A DNA stretch of 32,000 bases from Pseudomonas aeruginosa (GCF_001457615.1 NZ_LN831024.1:1680001-1712000), one strand, 5' to 3'. Positions 1-10,751 are shown, counted from the stretch's first letter. The notes: generated by a model not told the origin, from the letters alone. Made by a program: numbers and translations.

Positions 1-444
1 TGGTCCGTGCTGGCGATGCTCTTCTACGTGATCTGGCCGCACCTGCTGGGCTATCGCCAGTCGGCCTCGTTCTTCATGCTGCTGGGGATCGTCCTGCCGT
101 TCCTAATCGCGGTGATCGCCCTCAGCGAGTTCATCGCCGAGCTGCTGCCCACCGAGGAATCGGTGTACCTGACCATGACCTTCATCACCCTGCCGCTGTT
201 CTACATGGCCGGCTACAGCTGGCCGGAACAGGCCATGCCGGACTGGGTACGCTGGCTGGCCGACGCGATCCCCTCGACCTGGGCGATCCGCGCCATCGCC
301 GAGATGAACCAGATGGACCTGCCGCTGCGCGAAGTCAGCGACCATGCCCTGGTGCTGCTGGGCATGGCCGCCACCTATGCGTTGCTGGGTACGCTGCTGT
401 ACCAGTACCGCAACTGGCGCTGGGACAACGTCAAGGGTTGGTGA
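1..444 (+). CDS. ABC-2 type transporter permease, C-terminal part (5' end lies outside the window)
   Basis: The frame is open from base 1 to the TGA at 442-444. The translation is hydrophobic and multi-TM (FITLPLFYMAGYSWP, IPSTWAIRAI), typical of YhhJ/YbhS-like ABC-2 permeases. Confidence 0.6.
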   Translation, partial: WSVLAMLFYVIWPHLLGYRQSASFFMLLGIVLPFLIAVIALSEFIAELLPTEESVYLTMTFITLPLFYMAGYSWPEQAMPDWVRWLADAIPSTWAIRAIAEMNQMDLPLREVSDHALVLLGMAATYALLGTLLYQYRNWRWDNVKGW

Positions 445-497
445 AGCGGCGCAAGGCCGGCCATACTCGGCTGGCGTTCGCACAGGGAGATGAAGGA

Positions 498-839
498 ATG
501 TTTCGTTCGGGGCTTTCTTTGCTGGTGCTTCTGGGGCTCGCCACGCTCGGCGGGTGCGGTTCCGTCAACACGCTGGTGCGCGACGACGCCAGCGCCGCCC
601 ACGACTTGCGCCTGAAGGCGACCGCCTGCACCAGCCTGCCGCGGGTGTACAGCGGGGTCAGCTACACCTTCTGCCGGCTCAACGTGAAGACCGGGTCGCC
701 GGTGGCGCCGGCGCAAGCCGACGGCATCCTCGAGGTGCTGGCCCTCGACTTCGCGCTGTCCGGGGTGATCGACACCCTCGCGCTGCCCTATACCTCGTAC
801 CGCCAGTACCGCGACGGCAACCTGTCCCTGGCCAACTGA
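498..839 (+). CDS. YceK/YidQ-like small lipoprotein
   Basis: ATG at 498 follows GGAGATGAAGGA. The signal peptide has a lipobox (LLGLATLGGCGS). The tail (LDFALSGVIDTLALPYTSY) resembles the YceK family. The track ORF start at 438 is probably too far upstream. Confidence 0.6.
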   Translation: MFRSGLSLLVLLGLATLGGCGSVNTLVRDDASAAHDLRLKATACTSLPRVYSGVSYTFCRLNVKTGSPVAPAQADGILEVLALDFALSGVIDTLALPYTSYRQYRDGNLSLAN

Positions 840-840
840 G

Positions 841-1767
841 TCAGGGAATCAGCGGCAGCACGATCTCGTCGCTGCGGCTGATCCCGGCGGTCTCGCTGCG
901 GCACAGGTCGAGGAACTCGCGCATGGTCGCAGTCTGGTACTTCTGCTTGTGCCAGATGAAGTAGAACTGCCGGCGCAGGTCCAGGCCGGGCGTTTCCACC
1001 GGCACCAGGCTGCCGCGGCGGAAAGCGTCGCGCAGGGCCAGGCGGGAAATGCAGCCGATGCCCAGGCCGGACTCCACGGCACGCTTGATCGCCTCGGTGT
1101 GCTCCAGCTCCAGGCGGATGTTCAGCGGCCGCGGGTGATGACGCATGGCCTGGTCGAAGGTCAGGCGGGTGCCGGAGCCCTGCTCGCGGAGGATCCAGGC
1201 CTCCCGCGTCAGCCGTTCCAGGTCGGCGCCGCCCCGCCGCGCCAGCGGATGCTGGGGGGCGCAGAACACCACCAGTTCGTCCTCCATCCAGGGTTGCACC
1301 TCGATGTCCGGATGCCGGCAGTCGCCCTCGATCAGGCCCAGGTCCAGCTCGTAGTGGGCGACCTGCTGCACCACCTGGGCGGTGTTGTGCACGTGCAGGC
1401 GCACCCGGCAGTCCGGCTGGCGCTGCATGAAGGCGCCGATCAGCAGCGTGGCCAGGTAGTTGCCGATGGTCAGGGTGGCGCCGAGGTCGAGGGAGCCGAA
1501 GGCGGTCTTGCCGTTGAGCAGGTTCTCGATTTCCTCGCCGCGGTCGAGCAGCGCCACCGCCTGCGGCAGCAGTTGGCGGCCGAGGGCATTGAGGGTCAGG
1601 CGCTTGCCGGCGCGGTCGAACAGCTTGCAGTCGAACTGCCGCTCCAGCTCGCCGAGCGAGGTGCTGGTCGCCGACTGCGACAGCGACAGCCCCTCGGCGG
1701 CGCGGGAGACGCTCTCCTGCTGGGCCACGGCGACGAACACCTCGAGCTGGCGGAGGGTGAATTTCAT
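841..1767 (-). CDS. finR: LysR-family transcriptional regulator, divergent from fpr (FinR-like)
   Basis: 308-aa ORF with an N-terminal wHTH (MKFTLRQLEVFVAVAQQESVSRAAEGLSLSQSATS) and a LysR substrate-binding domain. The symbol is assigned from the divergent arrangement with fpr, as in Pseudomonas. Confidence 0.75.
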   Translation of the reverse strand: MKFTLRQLEVFVAVAQQESVSRAAEGLSLSQSATSTSLGELERQFDCKLFDRAGKRLTLNALGRQLLPQAVALLDRGEEIENLLNGKTAFGSLDLGATLTIGNYLATLLIGAFMQRQPDCRVRLHVHNTAQVVQQVAHYELDLGLIEGDCRHPDIEVQPWMEDELVVFCAPQHPLARRGGADLERLTREAWILREQGSGTRLTFDQAMRHHPRPLNIRLELEHTEAIKRAVESGLGIGCISRLALRDAFRRGSLVPVETPGLDLRRQFYFIWHKQKYQTATMREFLDLCRSETAGISRSDEIVLPLIP

Positions 1768-1902
1768 CCAGGCTTCCTCGTCTAGAGCGAAAGGCCCCGC
1801 GACATTTTGCCGTTCCGTCGGCGGGGTTGGCTCGGTTATCCTTGCGCCCCGTCCGCGGGAGCGATGGGAGCCCTCGGCGGCCGGCGGCCGACCGATATCG
1901 TG

Positions 1903-1939
1903 TTATCCCATATCCATATTCTGGATAAGCATTATCCAG
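1903..1939. promoter_or_regulatory. Candidate LysR (FinR) operator in the finR-fpr divergent region
   Basis: Perfect inverted repeat CTGGATAA-GCA-TTATCCAG at 1921-1939, plus an extra TTATCC half-site at 1903-1908. It has the T-N11-A style dyad typical of LysR boxes and lies in an AT-rich stretch between divergent genes. Confidence 0.5.
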
Positions 1940-2040
1940 ACAATTCATTTTGCGGATATTTTGGCAACCGATAAAATGCCGCGCAACTGCGTCACGTCTG
2001 CTGCTGTTGGTGTGCGCCCGCGTTTTCCTAGGAGTCTTTG

Positions 2041-2817
2041 ATGAGCAATCTGTACACCGAGCGCGTTCTCAGCGTGCACCACTGGAACGACACCCTGTTC
2101 AGCTTCAAGACCACCCGCAACCCGGGTCTGCGCTTCAAGACCGGCCAGTTCGTGATGATCGGCCTGGAAGTCGACGGTCGTCCGCTGATGCGCGCCTACA
2201 GCATTGCCAGCCCGAACTACGAAGAGCACCTGGAGTTCTTCAGCATCAAGGTCCCGGACGGCCCGCTGACCTCGCGCCTGCAGCACCTGAAGGAAGGCGA
2301 CGAGCTGATGGTCAGCCGCAAGCCGACCGGCACCCTGGTGCACGACGACCTGCTGCCCGGCAAGCACCTCTACCTGCTCAGCACCGGCACCGGCATGGCG
2401 CCCTTCCTCAGCGTGATCCAGGACCCGGAAACCTACGAGCGCTACGAGAAGGTGATCCTGGTCCACGGCGTGCGCTGGGTCAGCGAACTGGCCTACGCCG
2501 ACTTCATCACCAAGGTCCTACCGGAACACGAGTACTTCGGCGACCAGGTGAAAGAGAAGCTGATCTACTACCCGCTGGTGACCCGCGAGCCGTTCCGCAA
2601 CCAGGGCCGCCAGACCGACCTGATGCGCAGCGGCAAGCTGTTCGAGGACATCGGCCTGCCGCCGATGAATCCGCAGGACGACCGTGCGATGATCTGCGGC
2701 AGCCCGAGCATGCTGGAAGAGACCAGCGCCGTGCTCGACAGCTTCGGCCTGAAGATCTCGCCGCGCATGGGCGAGCCGGGCGACTACCTGATCGAGCGCG
2801 CCTTCGTCGAGAAGTAG
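2041..2817 (+). CDS. fpr: Ferredoxin-NADP+ reductase
   Basis: ATG at 2041 lies 6 nt after GGAG. The translation (MSNLYTERVLSVHHWNDTLFSFKTTR, RAYSIAS, LLSTGTGMAPF, CGSPSM) shows the FAD and NAD(P)-binding motifs of bacterial subclass-I Fpr. Confidence 0.9.
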   Translation: MSNLYTERVLSVHHWNDTLFSFKTTRNPGLRFKTGQFVMIGLEVDGRPLMRAYSIASPNYEEHLEFFSIKVPDGPLTSRLQHLKEGDELMVSRKPTGTLVHDDLLPGKHLYLLSTGTGMAPFLSVIQDPETYERYEKVILVHGVRWVSELAYADFITKVLPEHEYFGDQVKEKLIYYPLVTREPFRNQGRQTDLMRSGKLFEDIGLPPMNPQDDRAMICGSPSMLEETSAVLDSFGLKISPRMGEPGDYLIERAFVEK

Positions 2818-2848
2818 GCCTCCGCCGCGCCTCGTCGCGCCAGGCGAA

Positions 2849-2882
2849 GAAAGCCCCTGCCGTATCCGCGGCAGGGGCTTTC
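2849..2882. terminator. Bidirectional hairpin terminator between convergent fpr and nosL
   Basis: Perfect 14-bp stem GAAAGCCCCTGCCG / CGGCAGGGGCTTTC with a 6-nt loop. It sits in the 82-bp gap between the two convergent stop codons. Confidence 0.7.
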
Positions 2883-2899
2883 TGCTTTCCGGCCCCCGC

Positions 2900-3436
2900 T
2901 CAGTGCGCCGGGTGCCGGTGCGGGTGGTCGCCGCCCACGCCTTGCAGCACCGCCTGGTCGATCTCGTCGAAGCGCAGTACCCGGCCGCCTTCCTCGGCCG
3001 CCAGGCGCGTCGCGGCCTCTTCGTCGGCGAACGAGGCGAGGGTGGCGCCCATGCCGCCCGGCCGCTGGATGCCGACCACGTAGTAGGCGCGGGTGGCGTC
3101 GATCAGGCGGGCATCGTCGGGGTGCCGCCAGTCGGCCTGGCTCATGTCGTGGACATACAGGCGCGCCTGGCCCTGGCGGTTTTCCGGTTGCAGCCACCAG
3201 CCGAACAGTTCGGCGGTGGAGCAGAACTTGCGCACCGCGCCGGGAAGCACCGCCTCGCCCTTGGGACCGGGCATTTCCTCGATGAGCATGCCGCAGACGT
3301 GGCATTCGTCGCCGCTGGCGATCGGCACCGGGCCGAGTGCCGTGGCGTCGTCCCGCGACGCATCGCAGCCGGCCAGCAGCAGGCCGAGCAGGAGCGTGCC
3401 GAGCAGAGGGCGCAGGGGGAGGGTATGACGTTGCAT
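2900..3436 (-). CDS. nosL: NosL, copper-binding lipoprotein for N2O reductase maturation
   Basis: Lipoprotein signal with lipobox LLLAGC. A GAGG SD precedes the ATG. It is the last gene of the nos cluster, and the CHVCGM motif is typical of NosL. Confidence 0.85.
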   Translation of the reverse strand: MQRHTLPLRPLLGTLLLGLLLAGCDASRDDATALGPVPIASGDECHVCGMLIEEMPGPKGEAVLPGAVRKFCSTAELFGWWLQPENRQGQARLYVHDMSQADWRHPDDARLIDATRAYYVVGIQRPGGMGATLASFADEEAATRLAAEEGGRVLRFDEIDQAVLQGVGGDHPHRHPAH

Positions 3437-3452
3437 GGCGGAACCTCGTGAG

Positions 3453-4280
3453 TCAGATGGGGCGGCGGCGGAACAGGCCGTGGGCCAGCGCCAGGGCAGC
3501 GCAGGCCCAGAGGGCCAGGGCCAGCCAGAGGGCGCTGGCGGACACCGGCAGGTCGCTGGCCAGGGGAACCACCCCGCCGGCGGCGGCTGCGTCGAAGCCG
3601 GACAGGTTGATCAGCCGGTAGAGGTCGGTCGGGTTGAGCAGCAACAGCCAGGGCAGCAGCCGCGGGCTCAGGTGACCCTGGCTGAGGACCAGGATCGCCA
3701 GCAGGGCCAGGTCGAACAGCAGGACGAAGAAGAACCACAGGCCGAGCGCCTGCCCGGCGGCGCTGGATTTCTCGCTGGCGCGGCTGCTCAGGGCGTAGGC
3801 CAGGGCGAGGAACACGCAGCCGAGCAGCAGCGAGGAACCCATGAAGCGGCCGAAGGCGCCCAGCAGGATGGCCGCCTCGACCTCCGGCACCAGCGCGAGG
3901 ATCGCCAGCGCCGCGCTGCCGAAGCCGATCAGGGTGGCCAGGGCGAGGATCAGGCCGTGACCGAGGAACTTGCCGAGCAGCAACTGGCCGCGCCCCAGCG
4001 GGTAGGTCAGGAGCAGCAGCAGGGTGCCGCCTTCCTCCTCGCCGACGATGGCGTCGTAGGCCAGCAGCAGGGCGATCAGCGGCATCAGGAAGGTGGCCAG
4101 GCTGGTCAGGCTGGCGACCGTCGCCGGCACCGAAGTGAAGCCGACCTGGCCGGCCGCGGCGGCGCCGAACCAGGCGATGCCCACCGAGAGCAGGGCGAAC
4201 AGCAGGCTGATCGCCAGCAGCCAGCGATTGCGCAGGCCGTCGGCCAGTTCCTTGCGGGCGATGGTCCAGACTACGGGCAT
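3453..4280 (-). CDS. nosY: NosY, ABC-2 permease of the NosDFY complex
   Basis: Start chosen at [20 protein letters not shown] (ATG at 4280), overlapping the nosF stop by 10 nt. The protein is a polytopic membrane protein. The longer track ORF reaching 4484 is an Arg-rich upstream extension. Confidence 0.85.
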   Translation of the reverse strand: MPVVWTIARKELADGLRNRWLLAISLLFALLSVGIAWFGAAAAGQVGFTSVPATVASLTSLATFLMPLIALLLAYDAIVGEEEGGTLLLLLTYPLGRGQLLLGKFLGHGLILALATLIGFGSAALAILALVPEVEAAILLGAFGRFMGSSLLLGCVFLALAYALSSRASEKSSAAGQALGLWFFFVLLFDLALLAILVLSQGHLSPRLLPWLLLLNPTDLYRLINLSGFDAAAAGGVVPLASDLPVSASALWLALALWACAALALAHGLFRRRPI

Positions 4281-5185
4281 GGCGTGGCTCCGGCGGGGGC
4301 GGGGGACATGTGGTGGCGATAGAGGTCCTCCAGCGACGGCGGCAGGATTTCCAGGTCGAACTCGCGCGCGGCCAGCAGCGCTTCCAGCACGCCGTCGCGC
4401 TCGGCATCGTCCAGCAGTACCTCGATGCGCTGGTCGTCCAGTCTCCGCGCCGCCAGGCCGGCCCGGTGCCAGCGTTCGAGCCACTGCGGGTTATGCGGGC
4501 TGGCCAGGCGCACGCGGGTCGGCAGAGCCGCCTTGCGGCGCAATTCGGCGAGGCTGCCGGCCACTTGCAGGCGGCCGCCGGCGAGAATCGCGGCGCGGTC
4601 GATGTGCGTCTCGACGCCGGGCAGCACATGGGAGCAAAGGACGATCCCGGTGCCCTGGCCGCGCAGGCGGTCGAGCAATTGGTAGAGCTCGACGGTGGCC
4701 AGCGGGTCGAGGCCCACCGTCGGTTCGTCGAGCAGCAGCAGGCGCGGTTCGCCGAGCAGCGCCTGGGCCAGGCCGAGGCGCTGGCGCATGCCCTTCGAGT
4801 AGGTTTTCAGGCGCCGCCTGGCGGCATGGCCGAGGCCGACCTGTTCCAGCAGGCGCGCGGCTTCGGCCGGCGCCACGCCCTTGAGGCGGGCGAAGTGGCG
4901 CAGGGTTTCCGCGCCGCTGAGCTGCGGGTAGAAGGTCACGTTCTCCGGCAGGTAGCCGAGCTGGCGGCGCGCCTCCAGGCTCCTCGCATCGTGGCCGAGG
5001 ACCCGCACGCGGCCTTCGCTGGGGGCCAGCAGGCCGAGGACCAGCTTGATGGTGGTGGTCTTGCCGGCGCCGTTGTGGCCGAGCAGGCCGAGCACCTCGC
5101 CGGGCTCCAGGCGCAGGTCGAGCCCGCTCAGGGCGGTGAGGGCGCCGTAGCGCAGGGTCGCGCCGTCGATCTCGACCAGGCTCAC
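4271..5185 (-). CDS. nosF: NosF, ABC ATPase of the NosDFY complex
   Basis: The GTG start at 5185 overlaps the nosD TGA (GTGA coupling). Walker A is GHNGAGKTT, the signature is [12 protein letters not shown] and Walker B is LLLLDEP. Confidence 0.85.
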   Translation of the reverse strand: MSLVEIDGATLRYGALTALSGLDLRLEPGEVLGLLGHNGAGKTTTIKLVLGLLAPSEGRVRVLGHDARSLEARRQLGYLPENVTFYPQLSGAETLRHFARLKGVAPAEAARLLEQVGLGHAARRRLKTYSKGMRQRLGLAQALLGEPRLLLLDEPTVGLDPLATVELYQLLDRLRGQGTGIVLCSHVLPGVETHIDRAAILAGGRLQVAGSLAELRRKAALPTRVRLASPHNPQWLERWHRAGLAARRLDDQRIEVLLDDAERDGVLEALLAAREFDLEILPPSLEDLYRHHMSPAPAGATPCP

Positions 5186-6447
5186 GGCCTCGGCTCCGCG
5201 GCGGGCATCCGCATCAGCGGATGGCTGTCGCGCACGCCGGGCGAGCGCACCACCGGGAAGGCGCGCTGGACCCAGCGCAGCAGCTCGATGCTCGGGCTGT
5301 TCAACAGCAGGCGTACCTGCGGGTACAGCCAGATCAGCCGGTCGACGTTGTCGTTGGGCTCGTAGGCGACGTCGCCGAGACCGTCGTCGTCGCGGTCCCA
5401 GCCCAGGTAGTCGCTCCAGTAGTTGCCGCGGCCGTCGGCGGACCACTCCTGCTCGCGGCTGGCGACGTACTTGACCTGCTGGCGGTTGCCTATGAAGGCG
5501 TTGCCGGCGATGCGATTGTCCTCCGAGCCGGCGGTGAGGTGGATGCCCAGGGCGCTGTCGGCGAAGCTGTTGCCTTCGATGCGGTTGAACAGCGAGTTGT
5601 AGATGAACAGCGCCTTGCCCTCGGCGCCGGAAATCATCGCGTCGCCGGTGCTGCCGCTGCGCACGCCCTCGACGCGGTTGCCGGCCAGGGTCGAGTAGGT
5701 GATGTAGTTCATCAGGATGCCGTAGTTCTCGTCGTCGATGGAGCGGTTGCCGGTCACGGTCAGCTTGCGGCTCTGCATCAGCGCGTAGCCGGTGCGGGTG
5801 CGCCGGGTCAGGTTGTCGGTCACCCGGCTGTTGTGGGTGAACATGTAGTGCACGCCGTAGCGCAGGTCCTCGAAGCGGTTGGCTTCGATGCTGCTGTCGT
5901 TGGAGGTGTCGATGTAGACCCCGTCGCGGGTGTGGCTGACCCGGTTGCCGCGGACCAGGGCGTCCTTCACCGCATAGAGGTGGATGCCGTTGCCGCGATC
6001 CTGGGAGCGCACGCTTTCGTCGCCCTCGATGCGGTTGTCGAGCACCTGCGCGCCCGCCGTGGCGTCGAGCCAGACGCCGAAGCCCGCGCCGCGCAGGTCG
6101 TTGCCGCGGATCACGGCGCCGCTGGCGGCCTTGCCGACGAAGATCGCGGCGTCGAGTTCGGTCAGGTTGCGCCCCCAGTTGCGCAGCCGGCAGCCCTCGA
6201 CGGTGATCCCGGGGCTGGTCAGGGTCAGCAGACTGCCGTGGCCGCCGCCGTCCAGTTCGGCGCCGGCCTCGCAGCGTAGGTGCAGCGGCCGGTCGATGAC
6301 GAAGTTACCGGCGTAGCGGCCCGCCGCCAGGCTCCAGCGGCCATCGCCGTCGGCCCGCAGCGGCAGGCCGTCGACCGGCTCCGCGCGGGCCGTGGCGAGG
6401 CCGAGCAGGAGCAGGGCGAGGAGCGGCCCCGCCCGGCGCCCGGCCAT
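5182..6447 (-). CDS. nosD: NosD, periplasmic beta-helix protein for N2O reductase maturation
   Basis: ATG at 6447 gives the signal peptide [22 protein letters not shown]. Repeated NxxxGI/GxxV beta-helix motifs are present. The upstream in-frame ATG at 6495 would overlap the nosZ 3' end, so the shorter start is preferred. Confidence 0.85.
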   Translation of the reverse strand: MAGRRAGPLLALLLLGLATARAEPVDGLPLRADGDGRWSLAAGRYAGNFVIDRPLHLRCEAGAELDGGGHGSLLTLTSPGITVEGCRLRNWGRNLTELDAAIFVGKAASGAVIRGNDLRGAGFGVWLDATAGAQVLDNRIEGDESVRSQDRGNGIHLYAVKDALVRGNRVSHTRDGVYIDTSNDSSIEANRFEDLRYGVHYMFTHNSRVTDNLTRRTRTGYALMQSRKLTVTGNRSIDDENYGILMNYITYSTLAGNRVEGVRSGSTGDAMISGAEGKALFIYNSLFNRIEGNSFADSALGIHLTAGSEDNRIAGNAFIGNRQQVKYVASREQEWSADGRGNYWSDYLGWDRDDDGLGDVAYEPNDNVDRLIWLYPQVRLLLNSPSIELLRWVQRAFPVVRSPGVRDSHPLMRMPAAEPRP

Positions 6448-6464
6448 CGACCGCGCTGCGTGGA

Positions 6465-8375
6465 TCAAGCCTTTTCCACCAGCATCCGCCCGCACATTTC
6501 CATGTGCAGGGCGTGGCAGAACCAGCTGCAGTAGTACCAGTGCACCCCGGGCTTATCGGCGACGAAGGTGATCGACGAGGTCTGTTGCGGGCTGATCTCC
6601 ATGCAGACGCCGTGGTTGACCATGACGAAGCCGTGGGTCACGTCCTCGATCTCGTCGAGGTTGGTGATGGTCACGGTGACTTCGTCGCCCTGCTTCACCT
6701 TGAACTCGGTGAGGCCGAAGGAGGGCGCCATCGAGACCATGTAGACGCGGACCTTGTTGCCCTCGCGGATGACCTTGTTGTCCTTCATCAGGTCGATGCC
6801 GTCCTTTTCCGCGCGCTTGACCGTCTCGGCGAAGAACGGGTCCTTGCGGTCCCAGATCTTGCGGGTCTTGATCTGGTCGCGGCGGGCGAGGATGCAATCG
6901 TGCGGTTCGGCGAAGGTCGGGCCGTCGTGGACCAGCTTCATTTCCTCGCCGGAAATGTCGATCAACTGGTCGTTCTCCGGGTGCAGCGGACCGGTGGGCA
7001 GGAAGCGGTCCTTGGAGAACTTGCTGAGCACCACGATCCACTTGCCGTCGGCTTCGCTGGTCTCGCACAGAGTGGCGTGGTTGTGCCCCGGCTGGTACTG
7101 CACGTCGAGCTTCTGGCGGATGTAGTCGACCTTCTCGCCCTTGTAGGCGCGCACCGCGTCGGCGAGGTTCCACTTCACCAACTGGCTGTCGATGAACAGC
7201 GTGGTATAGGCGTTGCCTCGGCCATCGAAAGTGGTGTGCAGCGGGCCGAGGCCCAGTTCCGGCTCGCCCACCACCACGTCGCGCGGGTCGGCCAGCTTGC
7301 CGGCGAACAGGTCGCCGAGGCGCTCGATGGCGATCATGGTGCAGGTCGGCGAGAGCTTGCCGTTGGCGATGAAGTACTTGCCGTCCGGCGAGGTGTTCAG
7401 CCCGTGGGGGTTCTTCGGTACCGGGATGTAGCGGGTCACCGGGCTGTCCTTGCCGTCCTTGCGCCGGCCGTCGACCACCGGCACCTTCGAGTCGCCGAGG
7501 GTGACGAAGCGCTTCGCCTTGATCTCGGCCTCGATGCGCGGGATGTCGAACACCACCACCCAGTCGCGCTCGTTGCGCATCATGCCGCCGAGGTCGACGG
7601 CCTTTTCCGAGTTGTAGCAGGTGGAGGCGGCGAACCTGCCGCTGTAGTCCATGTCGGTGTTGTCGAGGTTGCCGTCGACGATCACCTGCCAGGCCACTTC
7701 CATGGTCTCGGCGTCGATGGCGTTGTACAGGGTGAAGGCGTTGTCGCCGGACAGGTCGAAGGTCGAGCCGTCGTTGGGATGGGGGATGATGAACTCGGCG
7801 TTGCAGAACACGTAGCGGGTATGCGGCACCTTTTGCAGGCGCAGGCCGTGGATCGCCTGGACGTTGGGAATGGTGACGATGCGGTCGCATTTCATGACGT
7901 CCAGGCGGATGCGCGCGACCCGGCTGTTGGCCTTGTCGTTGATGAACAGGTACTTGCCGTCGTACTTGCCGTCGGTCATCGAGATGTGCGGATGGTGGCA
8001 GTCGCCGTTGAGGAAGCGCGCGCTGTCGCCGAGGACCCGCTTGCTCTCGTTGGTCAGGCCCCAGCCGGTGGCCGAGTCGACGTTGAACACCGGTATGCGC
8101 ATCAGCTCGCGCATCGACGGCACGCCGAGCACGCGTACTTCGCCGGAATGTCCGCCGCTCCAGAACCCGTAGTACTCATCCAGTTCGCCGGGGGCGACCT
8201 CGGCCTTGCTGCGCTCGCCCTTGCCCGCGGCCCGGGCCTCGCGGCCGACCACCGCGCTGCCCAGGGCGCTGGCGCCAACCAGGGCGGCGGCTCCGGTCAG
8301 CGCCGAGGCGCCGAGGAAGCCGCGGCGGTTCAGGCCGTGGGTTTCTTCGTGGGGGCTTTTCGTGTCGTCGCTCAT
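6465..8375 (-). CDS. nosZ: Nitrous-oxide reductase NosZ (clade I, Tat-exported)
   Basis: Twin-arginine signal ([18 protein letters not shown]), a beta-propeller body and a C-terminal CuA site ([12 protein letters not shown]). A GAGGA SD is present. Confidence 0.95.
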
Positions 8376-8417
8376 CTCGTGTCGTCCTCAAGGGCAGTCA
8401 GGGGAAAGGGAGCCAGG

Positions 8418-10574
8418 TCAGAGGTTCTCCGCGGGTATCCGCGCGTTGTCCGCCGGCGCGCTCTTCGCGCGCTTCTTGCGCTTGTTCACCAGCGGCGGGC
8501 ACTTGTCCTGGTCGTGGTAGGTCATCTGGCAGTCGAGGCAGTAGTGGCATTCGTTGGTCTCGATGCGGCCGTCGGGATGGATCGCCTGGATCTCGCATTC
8601 GCGGGCACAGAGCTGGCAGGGCCTGCCGCATTCCGCACGGCGCTTGAGCCAGTCGAACAGGCGCGCCTTGGCCGGGATCGCCAGGGCCGCGCCCAGCGGG
8701 CAGAGGTAGCGGCAATAGACCTTGCGGGTGAACAGGTTGACCACCAGCAGCGCGACGGCGTAGGCGACGAACCACCACTGGCGGTCGAAGCCGAGGGTGA
8801 TGGCGGTCTTGAACGGCTCCACCTCCGCGGCCTGCTCGGCCAGCGCCAGGGATTCCAGGGAGAGACCGAAGAGCACCAGCAGGATGATGTACTTGATCGC
8901 CCAGAGCCGCTCGTGCACGGCGAACGGCACCTGGAACTGCGGCACGCGGAGCTTGCGCGCGAGTTCGTTGAGCAGTTCCTGTAGCGCACCGAACGGGCAC
9001 AGCCAGCCGCAGAACACGCCGCGGCCCCAGAGCAGCAGGCTGGCTGCGGTGAAGGTCCAGAGGATGAACAGCAGCGGGTCGCTGAGGAACAGCTCCCAGC
9101 GGAAGCCTTCGAACAGCGCGTGGACGAAGGTCAGCACGTTGACCACCGATAGCTGGCCGAGGCTGTACCAGCCCAGGTAGACCAGGGTGAACGCCAGGTA
9201 GCCGGTGCGCAGTCGCTGCATCAGGCGCGGCCGTCGCACCAGGCGGTCCTGGAGGAAGAGGATCGCCAGGAGCAGGACGAGGGCGGTACAGAGGACCCCG
9301 ACCTGGAAACTCTTCTGGTACCAGACCCGCAGCCACAGCGGCCGGGCAGCCTCTTCCAGGGCGGCCAGTTCCTCGGCCGTTGGCTGCGGCCGCTCCAGGT
9401 ATTCCTCGGGCGTCTGGCAGGCCAGCTCGAAGCTGGTGAATACCCCCGCCACCGGGCCGGTCTGGCGCCGCACGAGCAACTCCAGGGTCCAGGGCGAGCC
9501 CGGATCGAAACGCTGGCTGGCGCGGGCGACGAAGATCGCCATCTCGCGGAACTCCGGCATGCCTTCGGCATAGACGTCCGACAGGCGCTGGTAGTCGAGG
9601 TCGCGGAAGCTGATGATGTCGCCGAACTGGCGCAGTTGGACCCGATCGAAGATGCCACCGCGCACGTAGCCGGAACCCTTGAAGGAATACTCGCCGTCGC
9701 CGAGCACGACGAAGGCGTATTCGCCTGGCTTCAGCGACGCCATCAGTTCGCGGTACTGGTTGTCGCCGAGCAGGCTGCGGCCCACCGCGGGAGGGTTGAG
9801 CAGGGCGCTGTAGAGATCGATGAACGGCTCGTCGCGGTGCGCCGCGTCGGCTTCGCCGATGCCTTCGGCCTCGCTGCCCTTGAAGGCGTCGTCGATCTGC
9901 CCGCGACTCAACTGCAGGCGGCGGATCGCGCCGTTGCCGAGCAGTTCGCTCCAGTTTGCGGTCGCTGCCGGTTGCTGGCGCACCTGCGCCGGTTTGGGCC
10001 GCACATTGCCGCGGTCCTCGATCAGGCCGAGGGAAACCGCCACCGTATGTGCGGCGCGCATGACGATCTCGTTGACCACCATCACCGTCACCGTGGCGCC
10101 GCTCACCGCGTCGACGGTAACCGCCTGCGGGTCGCTGGAGCGGCCGACCACCACCCGCTGGTCGGCGCGCACGCCGTCGTACCTGGCGCTGAAGGCGTGC
10201 AGCTTCTCTTCCGGGATACCGATCAGCAGGATCGGTTCGTGGTGTTCGAGGACGTAGGCGTCGCGGATAACCGCCTGCGGATCGAGGATCACCTGCAGGT
10301 TGATCGGCTTGCCGGAGTAAGCCGGGATGTCGGTGACGCTGAGGGTCTGGAAGGCGTAGCCGAGGGTTTCCTCGCCCTTGCTCAGGCGGCGTACGCCGTA
10401 GTCGCCTTCGGGGTCGCCGATCCGCTCGACCGCGGGGAATACCTGGGCGATGCGCAGGCGCTCCAACTCGCTGAGTTCGGCACCCTGGGCGGCGAGGCCG
10501 ACCAGCAGGAGCATCCAGGCGAAGACACACCGCCACGATCCGGCGGAAAAACGAAGGGCGCGCATAGGTTCCAT
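8418..10574 (-). CDS. nosR: NosR, membrane-bound regulator/electron donor for NosZ
   Basis: 718-aa ORF with an N-terminal signal, a periplasmic FMN-binding-type domain and several TM helices. It has the Cys motifs CGWLCPFGALQE and CRYLCPLGAA, and C-terminal ferredoxin-like clusters (CGRPCQLCARECE, CHYCLDCQ). An alternative ATG is at 10565. Confidence 0.9.
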   Translation of the reverse strand: MEPMRALRFSAGSWRCVFAWMLLLVGLAAQGAELSELERLRIAQVFPAVERIGDPEGDYGVRRLSKGEETLGYAFQTLSVTDIPAYSGKPINLQVILDPQAVIRDAYVLEHHEPILLIGIPEEKLHAFSARYDGVRADQRVVVGRSSDPQAVTVDAVSGATVTVMVVNEIVMRAAHTVAVSLGLIEDRGNVRPKPAQVRQQPAATANWSELLGNGAIRRLQLSRGQIDDAFKGSEAEGIGEADAAHRDEPFIDLYSALLNPPAVGRSLLGDNQYRELMASLKPGEYAFVVLGDGEYSFKGSGYVRGGIFDRVQLRQFGDIISFRDLDYQRLSDVYAEGMPEFREMAIFVARASQRFDPGSPWTLELLVRRQTGPVAGVFTSFELACQTPEEYLERPQPTAEELAALEEAARPLWLRVWYQKSFQVGVLCTALVLLLAILFLQDRLVRRPRLMQRLRTGYLAFTLVYLGWYSLGQLSVVNVLTFVHALFEGFRWELFLSDPLLFILWTFTAASLLLWGRGVFCGWLCPFGALQELLNELARKLRVPQFQVPFAVHERLWAIKYIILLVLFGLSLESLALAEQAAEVEPFKTAITLGFDRQWWFVAYAVALLVVNLFTRKVYCRYLCPLGAALAIPAKARLFDWLKRRAECGRPCQLCARECEIQAIHPDGRIETNECHYCLDCQMTYHDQDKCPPLVNKRKKRAKSAPADNARIPAENL

Positions 10575-10685
10575 CTACTACTGGCTACCGGCGAAAAAAG
10601 GGACGCCGCGCTGCGGTGGGGTCTGCGCCTGGCGGTGGAATCGCTTCCGTTGCCGGATGCTAGGAGGAGCGGGGGCGGAACGCGC

Positions 10686-10699
10686 TTGATGAAAGTCAA
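10686..10699. promoter_or_regulatory. FNR-family (DNR/ANR) box upstream of nosR
   Basis: TTGATGAAAGTCAA differs from the consensus TTGAT-N4-ATCAA at one position. It is centred about 118 bp upstream of the nosR ATG. DNR-dependent nosR transcription is established for P. aeruginosa. Confidence 0.65.
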
Positions 10700-10751
10700 G
10701 AAGTGGAGATGAGGAACAAGCGAGGTTGCTGGCACTCAGTGTACCGAGTCG

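Noticed and set aside
837-843. The convergent YceK-like and finR genes end 1 nt apart with no terminator between them
   Set aside because: The observation is real, but tight convergent packing is common in this genome and has no obvious functional implication.
6448-6495. Upstream start for nosD at 6495, overlapping the nosZ 3' end
   Set aside because: The ATG at 6447 yields a clean signal peptide and leaves a 17-nt gap after the nosZ stop. The 16 extra residues add nothing recognisable.
6504-8984. 826-aa ORF on the plus strand, antisense to nosZ and nosR
   Set aside because: This is a typical long antisense open frame in high-GC DNA. The translation is low-complexity and rich in Ala, Gly, Arg and Val. 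It has no SD and it fully overlaps two genes with unmistakable NosZ and NosR sequence.
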